From Spirochaetaceae bacterium (GTDB lineage: Bacteria > Spirochaetota > Spirochaetia > DSM-2461), in assembly GCA_965224705.1 (NCBI GenBank), contig OZ245056.1:2048001-2112000 (forward strand): 64,000 bases of DNA, in the 5' to 3' direction. Positions 19,926-30,264 of this stretch are shown here, one piece after another. The notes under the pieces are model-generated. The model ran no database searches. It was not told where the DNA came from and saw only the letters and a list, made by a program, of their open reading frames with translations. Each line of letters starts with the position of its first letter. The stretch's first letter is position 1. The translations under genes were made by a program, and so were the position numbers.

Positions 19926-20780
19926 TTACTCGAAAAGCTGCACACGAAACGCAGCGACAGGATGTGTTTCATTGAAAAGAAAAAGATCCTTGTCGATTTG
20001 TACAAATCGTGTGGTTTCCGAAATTCGTTGAACGAAGAGGTTTTCAAAATCACTGGCAGGACCGTTCTTGCGGGTCATCGCTAATGGGTCAGCTTTGAAA
20101 CGATCATTTTTCAAGGTGACTCCTCCTCTGAATCTATTCACTCCCCCATAGCCCAACACCCCATAACCACCATCCATGTCGGGCAGAAGTATCAGGTTTA
20201 CCTCACTGTCTACAGGCCATCTGACTTCATGGCCGCCTGCTAATTCTATGGGTGTCCAATGATTCTCAACAATACTGATATCACCGTCAGCCCGCTCGAA
20301 TATCAATCCAGCGGACTCAGGATTCAATTCTGGCACGAGTTGAACTTTGTCAGGCTGATCTTCACTTGAGTTCTCAGGTTTTCGGGCGAAGAAGGAGCCT
20401 TCAATGGGTAAATCGGCTGTTCCATCAAGAATATCCAACTGGAGTATATTCCCCCTTGAAGTCCAACGGTCGCCCAGGGCCATATCGATATTAATCAATA
20501 ATAACCGACCATCAACTCCCAGATGAAACCCTTTATACCCAGGGAAAGTTTTGGTCTGATTGTCTTCCGGTGTTCTTATGATCCAGGTTGTACCGGCCCA
20601 GTCGGAAACAAACGGGATGGGTTCCCGGGTTTTTATATCTCTGGGAGCCTTATTAATTGTGGATGGTAGAACCTTTTCTTCCGGTACGACAGTTTTTTTC
20701 TGAGTTCTACAGGAAAAAAAAGTAAGAATCAAGGTCGCAGAGAAGAGCAATATGGTAACAAATTTTTTTCGAATCAGCAT
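19926..20780 (-). CDS. Lipoprotein with a C-terminal META (HslJ-like) domain
   Basis: ILTFFSC lipobox; GYGGVNRFRGG..PLAMTR META motif. Confidence 0.8.
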   Translation of the reverse strand: MLIRKKFVTILLFSATLILTFFSCRTQKKTVVPEEKVLPSTINKAPRDIKTREPIPFVSDWAGTTWIIRTPEDNQTKTFPGYKGFHLGVDGRLLLINIDMALGDRWTSRGNILQLDILDGTADLPIEGSFFARKPENSSEDQPDKVQLVPELNPESAGLIFERADGDISIVENHWTPIELAGGHEVRWPVDSEVNLILLPDMDGGYGVLGYGGVNRFRGGVTLKNDRFKADPLAMTRKNGPASDFENLFVQRISETTRFVQIDKDLFLFNETHPVAAFRVQLFE

Positions 20781-20893
20781 GATTTTGAAATGATCGGATA
20801 AAAACCCTTCTATATAACTTATTACGGTACAGTATATTTATCAGAGTTTCATCTGGCAAGTCTGGATACTTCCAATAATGACCATCTTTCACT

Positions 20894-21613
20894 ATGATAA
20901 ACAGCATGCGGGCAATACGATTTGAGCGACATTATATTGAGAATCCACCAGGATCATGCCTGGCTGTCTTTGGAAACACAAAAGTGATCTGTACATGCAC
21001 AATTGAAGAGGGTACTCCGCCATTTATTGGGCAGGGGGCCTGGCTGACTGCCGAATATGCCATGCTGCCAGGAAGCGTTTCCAGGGGGAGAAAACGTCGG
21101 GATGGTGCAAAAAAAGATGGCCGATCAGTGGAAATTCAGCGATTGATTGCCCGTTCCCTGCGTGCGGCAGTCAATCTTGCCAATTTGCCTGATGTTACGC
21201 TGACAGTGGATTGTGATGTACTACAGGCTGATGGAGGGACACGGACAGCTGCAATAAGCGGTGGCTGGCTTGCATTGTACGATGCCCTGGTGTTTCTGGC
21301 TGCTGAATCCAGAGTAAGCATTTCTTCGGGTTTCGCCCTGCCTGAGAACTGGCTTGTCGGCCAGGTTTCCGCGGTGAGTGTCGGCATTGTCAATGGAGAA
21401 ATCATCTGCGATCTTGACTACGATGCCGATTCCAATGCTGATGTTGATATGAATATTGTGAGTCTGAACAACAAGTTCGTTGAAATTCAGGGAACTGGAG
21501 AAAAAGATGTTTTTGATCGGTCTCAACTCAATGCTCTTCTCAATGTGGCCATGGAAGGTCTTTCTCATATTACAGCCGTACAAATTGAGTGCTTGAATGG
21601 ACTTATTCACTGA
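20894..21613 (+). CDS. rph: Ribonuclease PH
   Basis: GNTKVICT, WLTAEYAMLP, GRSVEIQRLI, QADGGTRTA and EIQGTGE motifs. Confidence 0.96.
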   Translation: MINSMRAIRFERHYIENPPGSCLAVFGNTKVICTCTIEEGTPPFIGQGAWLTAEYAMLPGSVSRGRKRRDGAKKDGRSVEIQRLIARSLRAAVNLANLPDVTLTVDCDVLQADGGTRTAAISGGWLALYDALVFLAAESRVSISSGFALPENWLVGQVSAVSVGIVNGEIICDLDYDADSNADVDMNIVSLNNKFVEIQGTGEKDVFDRSQLNALLNVAMEGLSHITAVQIECLNGLIH

Positions 21614-22643
21614 ATGTCAATCTCGAATTGAATCCGTACTGAACAAGGTTCTCCCCAAATCTGTCGATGAACACTGGTTCTCCCGTATCGCAGGTCAATC
21701 GAGTCAGAACATGAATGCCGATGAGGCCGATATGTTTCTTGAACCAGGCCGTGCTCTGCTTGGGCGGGGTGGGAAGCGATGGAGGCCAATGGTCACGATT
21801 TTAACCTGTGAAGCTCTTGGGGGAGGTACAAAGGCGGATATTCTGACAGCCCTGACAGAAATCCCTCATAACGGCTCACTCATTATTGATGATGTTGAAG
21901 ACTCAGCTCTCATGCGGCGAGGAGCCCCAGCCATTCATCTGGATTATGGCCTCGACCTGGCAGTCAACATGGGAAACCTCATGTATTTTCTCCCGGCAAT
22001 AGTATTGGAACAGGCAGATTTTGATGAAGTAACTGTTTCTAAAATGACCCGGGACTGGCTTTGTGTCATGCGCCGTCTTCACCTTGGCCAGGGGTATGAC
22101 ATCGTCTGGCACCGCAATAAATCTCTGTTCCCTGACCGGGATTCATATCTGCTGATGTGTCGATATAAAACCGGAAGTCTCTCCGCACTGGCAGCCCGTC
22201 TGGGCGTTCTGGCTGCCATGCCCACAGAATCCCTTGTTAGCAGCATTGGTGATGTCTGGGAAAAACTGGGAATGGGTTTCCAGGTACTGGATGATGTTCA
22301 GAATCTCAGTACGGGAGTTCCCGGCAAAGATATGGGTGATGATATTGTTGAAGGCAAGAAGAGTCTGCCTGTGATAATTCACCTGGAAAGATGTCCGGAA
22401 GATGATTGCCGATTGGCCGGACTGTTCGAAAGGGCGGCACAAGTTCCACAGAATGGCGACTGGGAACCAGTGATGGAATCGGTTGCTTTGATAAAGGAAT
22501 CAGGAGCCATTGATGAAGCAAGGAAACTGGGCCAGGGTTTTCTGGAATCTGGACGAACAGCAATCAAGTCTTTACTGCCAGATTCAACGGCCCGGGACTT
22601 GCTGGTTGCTTTGGTGGATGGCTTTCAAGAGCGTATGGTGTAA
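21597..22643 (+). CDS. Polyprenyl synthetase (GGPP synthase-like)
   Basis: GGKRWRP, IIDDVED..RRG, GQ, KTG and FQVLDD motifs. Confidence 0.93.
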   Translation: MDLFTECQSRIESVLNKVLPKSVDEHWFSRIAGQSSQNMNADEADMFLEPGRALLGRGGKRWRPMVTILTCEALGGGTKADILTALTEIPHNGSLIIDDVEDSALMRRGAPAIHLDYGLDLAVNMGNLMYFLPAIVLEQADFDEVTVSKMTRDWLCVMRRLHLGQGYDIVWHRNKSLFPDRDSYLLMCRYKTGSLSALAARLGVLAAMPTESLVSSIGDVWEKLGMGFQVLDDVQNLSTGVPGKDMGDDIVEGKKSLPVIIHLERCPEDDCRLAGLFERAAQVPQNGDWEPVMESVALIKESGAIDEARKLGQGFLESGRTAIKSLLPDSTARDLLVALVDGFQERMV

Positions 22644-22671
22644 CTACTGGAAAAAGGAATGTTTGTTTAAC

Positions 22672-23924
22672 TGTCAGAAAGCCTGTAAAACCCCCTTCAA
22701 CCCATCCCGTGAGTCCAATCCCATCCTAAACCTTCACATACAGCGGATCATAACGACCGGATTCCACTCCCGGATTACGCCACTCACACAGCCAGGTTTT
22801 CTTCTCTGCCGCACCCAGATTGACCCTGCTCAGAAAGGCCCTCTTCAACCAGTATTTGCTCACTGCCTTGCGAAGTTTCTTCCTGGTGATCCCGGCCTTC
22901 TCAGCATGAGTTGTGTCCTTCTTCTTCCGGGCCTCCTTCACCCGCCATGGAATCATACAGTTGTGATAGTGACGATAAAGAATGAATCGAATCATCATCG
23001 CAGCGGGAGATTTGGCAAACTTGACCGTCTCCCTGACATGATCTGAAATATCTTTCCTGATCTGACGGTCAATGTAGTTAATAGGAAACATCGAATTATC
23101 CATGGTTCTGGCCGACCTTGAAGATGTCATGACCCGGATGAAGAAGTGGAGAAAATGCTCGGTTTTCGCAAAGGACCGGGTGTATGCCCTGTGCATATCC
23201 GTGAAGAGCAGCTTATGCACAACCTTTTTCTTCATAAGAAATTGAATCAAATCTTCTGTCAGACTTCTCACCGATTTCTCAATGGCCCCGGGATCCGCCC
23301 TGCCCCTGGTCTCCAGCTTTTTTCGGATCAATTTCTGACGGGAAGTCATTCTTCCTTTCCGCCTGAGATTGGCAAACCCGGTCTCATAGATGAACTCGGA
23401 CTCACTCCCGGCAAAGATGTTGATGTGGTTGGGATAGTATTGAGAGAAGGAAAAGGACTCCAGTCCATCGGCGGCCATGGATTCCCTCATGGGGAGTTTT
23501 TTCAACAGCCGGGCATGGATTGCCATGGCGGAACGGGCCAGTCTTTCGCATCGATTCTGCACCGTATCGGAAGAAACCTCCAGGTGACGGCTGATGTCAT
23601 TCACACCGGAAGAGGTCACCAACTGCTGTAGGAGTTCCTCGTAGTCGATGACTTTTTTCGCATAGTAATCGATTGAAAAAGTCTGGGAAGAAAAGGTTCT
23701 TTTGCAGTCATTGCAGATGTATCGCTGGACTGTTCCAAATGCTTCTGTGTGGTAGGAACTGTGTATCGAAAACCAGTTTTTTTGCTTCGGGGCACTGAAA
23801 TGGATACATTTCGGGTTGGGACAGTGAGGGAATAACATGATCAAACTCCTTTATAAATTGTTTTCTTACTATGTTATAACGAGCCTGACAGGGGGGGGGT
23901 GCTACATTAACAAGCTTTCTGACA
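22672..23924. mobile_element. IS-like element bounded by family A inverted repeats
   Basis: TGTCAGAAAGCCTGTAAA ... TTAACAAGCTTTCTGACA enclosing one transposase-like ORF. Confidence 0.7.
22726..23844 (-). CDS. IS1-like transposase (Zn ribbon, HTH, putative DDE domain)
   Basis: CPNPKC...QRYICNDCKRTFS InsA-like ribbon, ISRHLEVSSDTV HTH, and ADGLE / TDMHRAY acidic motifs. Confidence 0.7.
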   Translation of the reverse strand: MIMLFPHCPNPKCIHFSAPKQKNWFSIHSSYHTEAFGTVQRYICNDCKRTFSSQTFSIDYYAKKVIDYEELLQQLVTSSGVNDISRHLEVSSDTVQNRCERLARSAMAIHARLLKKLPMRESMAADGLESFSFSQYYPNHINIFAGSESEFIYETGFANLRRKGRMTSRQKLIRKKLETRGRADPGAIEKSVRSLTEDLIQFLMKKKVVHKLLFTDMHRAYTRSFAKTEHFLHFFIRVMTSSRSARTMDNSMFPINYIDRQIRKDISDHVRETVKFAKSPAAMMIRFILYRHYHNCMIPWRVKEARKKKDTTHAEKAGITRKKLRKAVSKYWLKRAFLSRVNLGAAEKKTWLCEWRNPGVESGRYDPLYVKV

Positions 23925-23937
23925 CTACGGATTATTT

Positions 23938-24140
23938 AAATTCCCGGCGGGCTGAAGAGGATAAGGAGAGGTAATCAAGGAAACTCATGAAAAGAAACCG
24001 GACTAAGAGAGAAAAGCCAGGAGAAATTCCGAAACAATACTCGAAGAAAAGAGTGTTTTTACAGGGTCAATCTGAGTGTAAATGAGCAGAAAACCTGGTT
24101 GTGCGAGTGGAAGAATTCGGGAATTAAATCAAGTTGGTAC
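23938..24140 (+). pseudogene. Degenerate inverted copy of the 3' end of the neighbouring transposase
   Basis: RVNLSVNEQKTWLCEWKNSG aligns with RVNLGAAEKKTWLCEWRNPG. Confidence 0.75.
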
Positions 24141-24252
24141 AGGAGGTCACATTTTTTCTATCAGTACTTATTGTATAGAATTGAGATGGTTACTGGAATG
24201 CTTCTAGCCTATGAAGTCTGTTTACTCTATTATGGCTGTTCAAGGAGTATTC

Positions 24253-25389
24253 ATGAACGTAGAGGACTATCTGGATCAATACAGGGGCTGTTGCTGGGTT
24301 GAGTTTGGATTGCTCGAAGATTTTATGAAGCAGTGTTTCATTGAAATCGGTGTTCCAGAGAATGATGCAGAAATCATAACAGATGTTCTCATTGAGTCGG
24401 AGAAAAGAGGGATTGACTCTCACGGGATTGGCCGGTTCAAACCCATCTATCTGGATCGGATTGATACAGGTGTGCTCAATGTCATCACAAGAATTGATGT
24501 GGTCAAAGACACAGAAACTACAGCAGTTCTGGATGGTAACAACGGTATGGGACATGTGGTCGGTAAAAAAGCCATGGAAATGGCGATTGAGAAAGCCCGT
24601 CACTATGGATTAGGTATGGTGACTGTCCGGAATTCATCCCATTATGGTATTGCCGGATACTACGCTTCCATGGCTATTGAGGCCGGGATGATTGGAGTGA
24701 CAGGAACAAATGCCCGGCCATCCATTGCTCCTACCAACGGTGTTGAAAACATGCTTGGAACCAATCCCCTGGTGTTTGGAATTCCTACAGATGAGGAATT
24801 TCCTTTTATCCTTGATTGTGCCACCAGTGTTACTCAACGGGGGAAAATTGAGGTTTACAGCCGGGCAGGCAGGGAGTTGCCTCCAGGCTGGGTCATCGGC
24901 AAAAATGGTGGAACTCGAACGGACACAGATCAGGTTCTAGATGATCTTACCTGCGGTATGGCTGCCCTTGCTCCCCTGGGTGGTCTGGGTGAATTGACCG
25001 GGGGATACAAGGGATATGGCTTTGCCACTGTTGTGGAGGTGCTTTCAGCTGCCCTTCAGGATGGTTCCTACCTGAAGTCTCTCAGCGGATTTGATGCCGA
25101 TGGGAATATGATCCCCTATCCGCTTGGGCATTTCTTCATTGCCATTGATATTGAACATTTTGTCCCCATATCAACATTCAAACGGATTGCAGGTTCCATA
25201 ATGCGGGATTTGCGCAGATCAGAAAAAGCTCCCGGTGCTGAGCGGATTTACACAGCCGGAGAGAAAGAATTCCTTGCGAGAAAATACCGAATGGAGCATG
25301 GCTGCCCGGTTCCCCCGTCTCTTCAGAAGGAACTCACTCAATGCCGTTCACGGTGGAATCTGGACGTTGAATTTCCATGGGATGAGTAA
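24253..25389 (+). CDS. Ldh_2-family (malate/L-lactate/sulfolactate) dehydrogenase
   Basis: RGIDSHG, VRNSSHYG, GTNP, DCATS and GYKGYG motifs; AAGGAG before ATG 24253. Confidence 0.92.
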   Translation: MNVEDYLDQYRGCCWVEFGLLEDFMKQCFIEIGVPENDAEIITDVLIESEKRGIDSHGIGRFKPIYLDRIDTGVLNVITRIDVVKDTETTAVLDGNNGMGHVVGKKAMEMAIEKARHYGLGMVTVRNSSHYGIAGYYASMAIEAGMIGVTGTNARPSIAPTNGVENMLGTNPLVFGIPTDEEFPFILDCATSVTQRGKIEVYSRAGRELPPGWVIGKNGGTRTDTDQVLDDLTCGMAALAPLGGLGELTGGYKGYGFATVVEVLSAALQDGSYLKSLSGFDADGNMIPYPLGHFFIAIDIEHFVPISTFKRIAGSIMRDLRRSEKAPGAERIYTAGEKEFLARKYRMEHGCPVPPSLQKELTQCRSRWNLDVEFPWDE

Positions 25390-25480
25390 TCACTCATCAT
25401 CAAAACACACTACAGCAGCTTGTCTCTCAGATTAATAACTGCTAAGGTGTCAGTAGATAATTAATCAGGAGTTCACAGAC

Positions 25481-26458
25481 ATGAAAAAAGCGGTGCGTGT
25501 TGCGGTTACTGGAGCTGCAGGTCAGATAAGCTATTCAATTATTTTCAGAATTGCCAGTGGTGATATGCTTGGGCCGGATCAGCCGATAATACTCCAACTA
25601 CTGGAAATCCCTCCGGTCATGAAGGCTCTCGAAGGTGTTGTGATGGAACTCAAGGATGGTGCATTTCCCCTTGTTGCTGGTATCTCAGCTTCGGATGATG
25701 TCAATGCGGTCTTCAAGGATACCGATTATGCCATCCTCATAGGTTCCAGACCTCGTGGTCCGGGAATGGAGCGTGCTGATCTTCTGGAAGGAAACGCCAC
25801 AATTTTTTCAACTCAGGGCAAAGCTCTCAACAGCAATGCAAACCCTGACGTGAAAGTTCTTGTGGTAGGCAATCCAGCCAATACAAATGCCTTAATCACA
25901 TTGAAAAACGCACCGGATCTTAAACCTGAAAACATCACCTGTATGACACGCCTTGATCACAATCGTGCTCTGGCTCTGCTTGCAGAGAAAACTGAATCAC
26001 ATACAACCGAGATTAAAAAACTGTCTGTATGGGGGAACCATTCTCCTACTCAATATCCTGACATCAGTTTTGCGACAATCAATGGGAAAGCGGCTATGTC
26101 CATGGTGAGTGATGATTGGAATACGAAAGAGTTCATCCCGGCTGTTCAGCAGCGTGGAGCTGCCATCATTAAAGCTCGTGGTGCCTCTTCGGCCGCCTCC
26201 GCTGCTTCTGCGGCAGTTGACCACATGAGAAGCTGGATCCTGGGTACCGGAGGAGAGTGGACCAGTATGGGTGTTTACAGTGCCGGTAACCCCTATGGTA
26301 TCGACGAAGGACTGATGTATTCATTCCCGGTAACCTGCGAGAGAGGTGAGTGGAAGGTTGTTGAAAAACTTGAAATCAGTGATTTTAGTCGTGAGCGAAT
26401 TAAAAAAACGGAAGATGAACTGCTGAGTGAGAGAGATATCATCAGACATCTTTTGTAA
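25481..26458 (+). CDS. mdh: Malate dehydrogenase
   Basis: [32 protein letters not shown] and WGNHS motifs. Confidence 0.97.
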   Translation: MKKAVRVAVTGAAGQISYSIIFRIASGDMLGPDQPIILQLLEIPPVMKALEGVVMELKDGAFPLVAGISASDDVNAVFKDTDYAILIGSRPRGPGMERADLLEGNATIFSTQGKALNSNANPDVKVLVVGNPANTNALITLKNAPDLKPENITCMTRLDHNRALALLAEKTESHTTEIKKLSVWGNHSPTQYPDISFATINGKAAMSMVSDDWNTKEFIPAVQQRGAAIIKARGASSAASAASAAVDHMRSWILGTGGEWTSMGVYSAGNPYGIDEGLMYSFPVTCERGEWKVVEKLEISDFSRERIKKTEDELLSERDIIRHLL

Positions 26459-26476
26459 TGGATGCGATAATATTGA

Positions 26477-26550
26477 CCCCGCACCACCACCCGGACTCCC
26501 TTTGACTCCGGTATCACCTGCACCGCCTGCAGCACTGGAATCTGGTGCCA
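26477..26550. repeat. Diverged 74-bp copy of the 5' part of the prophage scaffold gene (55155-55228)
   Basis: 65/74 identical by manual ungapped alignment. Confidence 0.85.
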
Positions 26551-26589
26551 ATAGAGTCAAAACCACACAAAACACAGGAGTGTTCTGGC

Positions 26590-26833
26590 AGAAGTTTTCG
26601 GAGTGTCAGGAAGCTTGTAAAGGTCTCATTGTATTTAAACCCGATCAGGTGAAATGATCTGTACTGTACAGTAATCCCATACCGTTTTTTGCTGGGATTT
26701 GATGTTTCAAATCCCGTACCGGTGAGAAGCAGCCTCAATATGAAAACCCATAATTATATTCTTTACATTAAATTATGCCACAAGAAAGAAATGCCACCAT
26801 TTCAACATGCTTCCGGACACTCGGAAAAGTTCT
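26590..26833. repeat. Inverted-repeat element, family A (diverged)
   Basis: AGAAGTTTTCGGAGTGTCAGGAAGCTTGT ... ACATGCTTCCGGACACTCGGAAAAGTTCT. Confidence 0.7.
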
Positions 26834-27009
26834 TCATGTGCCGCTGCATTTTATGCCTGACTTCCCCTGAAGAGTAACCAATACATGCTAATGGATCGGG
26901 GGACTGCAAAGTTCTTTGAAACAGGTATAGCCTCTCCCTTTGACTTGCTTCTTATCGGGATGCCCTTAAAGCATCCAATCCACTATGCCCGAACAGACTC
27001 CAGAGCCAC

Positions 27010-27175
27010 TTGACAGTTTCTTATATCTGCGAAGAAGAGTCGCGGAATAAGAGCGAGATTATAGCTGGTTATCCGCACAAAACGAGTCAGAATTACACTT
27101 CTTCCGTGAGGCTCTTCTATATTGCACAGCCTCATCTCTTGCTAATTCCCGTCTGGTTTTCGTTGTCAACCTCAT
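27010..27175 (-). pseudogene. N-terminal remnant of an rve-type transposase/integrase
   Basis: MRLTTKTRRELARDEAVQYRRASRKK / VILTRFVRITSYN / RSYSATLLRR across frameshifts resembles the 'YRRASKKEK..ILDEF...TGYNR.YA..LLR' transposase N-terminus. Confidence 0.6.
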
Positions 27176-27271
27176 AACTCGATCTCTTACTTCAAAGGCC
27201 GTTCGAGTAGATTTTAGTTATGAGGCAACCACATGCTTTCGAGTCGATTAGTTATCAGGCAATTCGCATCG

Positions 27272-27300
27272 TTGCATAAGACCTCTCTCCGCTGTATACT
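27272..27300 (+). promoter_or_regulatory. Sigma70-type promoter of WD40-caspase copy 1
   Basis: TTGCAT-N17-TATACT; AAGGAG RBS further downstream. Confidence 0.65.
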
Positions 27301-27372
27301 GAATGGCGCAAAATGCTTGACAGGGAGCCCACCGCCCCTGATGTTTTCCATCCCCCTTAAAGGAGACCTGCC

Positions 27373-30264
27373 ATGAAACGTTTCTTTTTGCTAGCCCTAT
27401 TGACCGCCGCCGCAGCCGCCCCCCTCCTTGCCGAAGGAGGGAGCGGCCAAACCGGCGGCCCGCCGCCATCCACCGCAGAACCCGCGACCGAGCCCCTGCT
27501 GCGGCTGAACACCCCCATGCACTTCGCCCCGGTTGAAAGCATTAGCGCCGATGCCGCCGGGAAGCTCGTCCTTACCGCCAGCCAAGACAAGACCGCCAGG
27601 CTCTGGGACGGGGAGAGCGGCGAACTGCTGCGCATCCTGCGCCCGCCCGCCGGGGAGGGGGATGAGGGCAGGCTCTACGCCTGCGCCCTCTCCGCCGACG
27701 GCAGGCTGGCCGCCGTCGGCGGATGGACAAAGGCAGGATACAGCGGCTCCGGCAACCACAACATCTACCTCTTCGACACCGCCGCCGGTGGCATGGTCCA
27801 GCGGCTCTCCGGCCTGGGCAATGTGATACTTGATCTGGAATTCCACTCAGGCGGCGCTCTGGCGGCGGCCCTAGGCGGCATAGATGGCATCCGAATCTGG
27901 CGGCCCTCCTCCGGCGGCTACCGCCTGGCCGCCAGGGACAGCGATTACGGCGATTCTTCTTACGACATCACCTTCAGCCATGACGGCAGGCTGGCCTCGG
28001 TCAGCCTTGACGGCCACATTCGGCTCTACGATGATGATTTCCAGCTAGCCGAAAAGCGCCGCGCCCAGGGGGGGAATCATCCCTATTCGGCGGACTTCTC
28101 CCCCAACGGCTCCAGGCTGGCGGTGGCCTATGCTGACTCGCCAAGGGTGGAGGTGCTGGACGGCCATGGCCTGGAACTCCTCTACCGCCCCGACATCGCC
28201 GGTGCCGATGAGCCGGGTCAGAGTATATATCAACTCGCCTTCGCCCCCGGCGGCGCCCTCTACGGCGGCGGCGTTTACCATGATTACATCGACGGCGGCT
28301 GGTGGAAACTCGTGCGCCGCTGGGAGGACGGCGGCCGGGGGGCCTACCGCGACTTCAAGGCCGCAGGCAACACCATCACGGATCTCAAGGTGCTCCGCGA
28401 CGGCTCCCTCCTGACGGCGGGGAGCCAGCCCGACTGGGGCCGCTACGGGCCCGATGGCCAGAAGATAATCTACAAGCGGGGGGAGATCTCCGATTTTAAA
28501 AACAAGGATTTTATTGAGCACTTCACCCTCAGCCGCCAGGGCGACAGGCTCTCCTTTAAGCCCCAGAGCGGAAAGGCCATGGTCTTCAGCCTTGGCGATC
28601 GCAGCCTTGCGGTCTCCGGTGAGACCTTCCATCCCTACCGCGACAGCGGGGGCGGCGTCAGCGCAGCCGACTGGGAGAACTCCTACACCCCCCGCGTCAA
28701 CGGACGGGAGGCCGACTTTCTCGATCAATACGAAAGGAACCGCAGCGTGGATGTGGGGGACGACGGCACCATGCTCTTTGGTGCGGAATGGTCCCTCTAC
28801 GCCCTGGAGCCGTCCGGCAAAACACGGTGGCGGACCGATGTGCCGGGGGTGGCCTGGGCGGTCAAAATCTCCGGCGATGGGCGCGTCGCGGTATCGGCCC
28901 ACAACGGCGGGGAGATCCGCTGGCACCGCATGGCCGACGGGGAGCATCTGCTCTCCCTCTTTGCCCACCCCGACGGCCGCCGCTGGCTGGCCTGGAGTCC
29001 CCTGGGCTACTACGATGCCAGCCCCGGCGCCGACAATCTGGCCGGCTGGCACCTCAACCAGGGGGCCGACGATGCCGCCGCCTTCTATCCCCTTTCCCGC
29101 TTCGCCAGCCGCTTCTACCGGCCCGAGGTGGTGGCCGGCATCATCCGTCACGCCGATGTGGAAACGGCCCTGGCCGAAGCGGGCAAAGGCGGACGCAAAA
29201 TCCTGCCCGATGCGGACATCGCCCAGCTGCTGCCGCCGGAAATCGTCATCATCTCGCCCTCCAACGGCCAGGAGGTCTCCTCCGGCCGGATAAGGGTGCG
29301 CTACCGGGTGAGCGCCCCCCCGGGCGGGGAGGTTACCGCCGTGAGGGCCTTTGTCGATGGCCGTCCAGCGGGGGAGCGCGGCCTTCGACCTGTCGGCACC
29401 GCCGGTGAGATAGAGGTTCCCGTGCCCGAGCGGGACTGCCGAATATCCCTGGTGGCGGAGAACCGCCATGCCGCCAGCGAGCCGGCGGTGGTGAGCGTCC
29501 GCTGGCGGGGAGAGGAGGCCTTTGTCGTCAAGCCCAAACTCTACGTGCTGGCGGTGGGTGTCAGCGGCTACCGGGACGCCGATCTGCGGCTGGACTACGC
29601 CGCCAAGGACGCCCGCGACTTTGTGGACAGCCTTAAGGCCCAGGACGGCGGCCTCTACCGGGGGGTGACGGCGAGGCTGCTCACCGACGGCCAGGCCACT
29701 AAGGGGGATATACTGGACGGCCTGGACTGGATACTGCGGGAGACCACCCAGAAGGACGTGGCCATGGTGTTTCTCGCCGGTCACGGCGTGAACGACGACT
29801 ACGGCGACTACTACTTTTTGCCCCAGGACACCGATCGAGAGCGTCTCAAGCGCACCGGCGTTCCCTACTCCGAGATTCGCAGCACGGTGTCCAACATCGC
29901 CGGCAAGGCCCTGTTCTTCATCGACTCCTGTCACAGCGGCAACGTGCTGGGAACGCGGCGCGGTTCCCTGGACATCAACGGCATCATCAATCAGCTTGCC
30001 AGTGCCGAGAACGGAGTGGTGGTGTTCGCCTCCTCGAGCGGCCGCCAGTTCAGCCTTGAGGACCCTGCCTGGAACAACGGCGCCTTCACCAAGGCCCTGG
30101 TGGAGGGCATCAGGGGAGGGGCGGCCTACCGCGGCGACAGGATTACCGTGAACATGCTGGACCTCTACATATCCGAGCGGGTTAAGGAACTCACCGGAGG
30201 CCGCCAAACTCCCACCACTGCCAGGCCCAGCACGGTTCCTGATTTTCCTATTGCGTTGAAGTAG
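27373..30264 (+). CDS. Secreted WD40-repeat protein with an Ig-like linker and a C-terminal caspase (peptidase C14) domain, copy 1
   Basis: Signal peptide, TASQDKTARLWD-type WD40 repeats, and intact catalytic motifs FLAGHG and FIDSCHSG. Confidence 0.92.
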   Translation: MKRFFLLALLTAAAAAPLLAEGGSGQTGGPPPSTAEPATEPLLRLNTPMHFAPVESISADAAGKLVLTASQDKTARLWDGESGELLRILRPPAGEGDEGRLYACALSADGRLAAVGGWTKAGYSGSGNHNIYLFDTAAGGMVQRLSGLGNVILDLEFHSGGALAAALGGIDGIRIWRPSSGGYRLAARDSDYGDSSYDITFSHDGRLASVSLDGHIRLYDDDFQLAEKRRAQGGNHPYSADFSPNGSRLAVAYADSPRVEVLDGHGLELLYRPDIAGADEPGQSIYQLAFAPGGALYGGGVYHDYIDGGWWKLVRRWEDGGRGAYRDFKAAGNTITDLKVLRDGSLLTAGSQPDWGRYGPDGQKIIYKRGEISDFKNKDFIEHFTLSRQGDRLSFKPQSGKAMVFSLGDRSLAVSGETFHPYRDSGGGVSAADWENSYTPRVNGREADFLDQYERNRSVDVGDDGTMLFGAEWSLYALEPSGKTRWRTDVPGVAWAVKISGDGRVAVSAHNGGEIRWHRMADGEHLLSLFAHPDGRRWLAWSPLGYYDASPGADNLAGWHLNQGADDAAAFYPLSRFASRFYRPEVVAGIIRHADVETALAEAGKGGRKILPDADIAQLLPPEIVIISPSNGQEVSSGRIRVRYRVSAPPGGEVTAVRAFVDGRPAGERGLRPVGTAGEIEVPVPERDCRISLVAENRHAASEPAVVSVRWRGEEAFVVKPKLYVLAVGVSGYRDADLRLDYAAKDARDFVDSLKAQDGGLYRGVTARLLTDGQATKGDILDGLDWILRETTQKDVAMVFLAGHGVNDDYGDYYFLPQDTDRERLKRTGVPYSEIRSTVSNIAGKALFFIDSCHSGNVLGTRRGSLDINGIINQLASAENGVVVFASSSGRQFSLEDPAWNNGAFTKALVEGIRGGAAYRGDRITVNMLDLYISERVKELTGGRQTPTTARPSTVPDFPIALK

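Noticed and set aside
26321..26575. 84-aa minus-strand ORF containing scaffold-like residues
   Set aside because: It overlaps mdh antisense and only about 25 codons are phage-like; reported as a DNA fragment instead.
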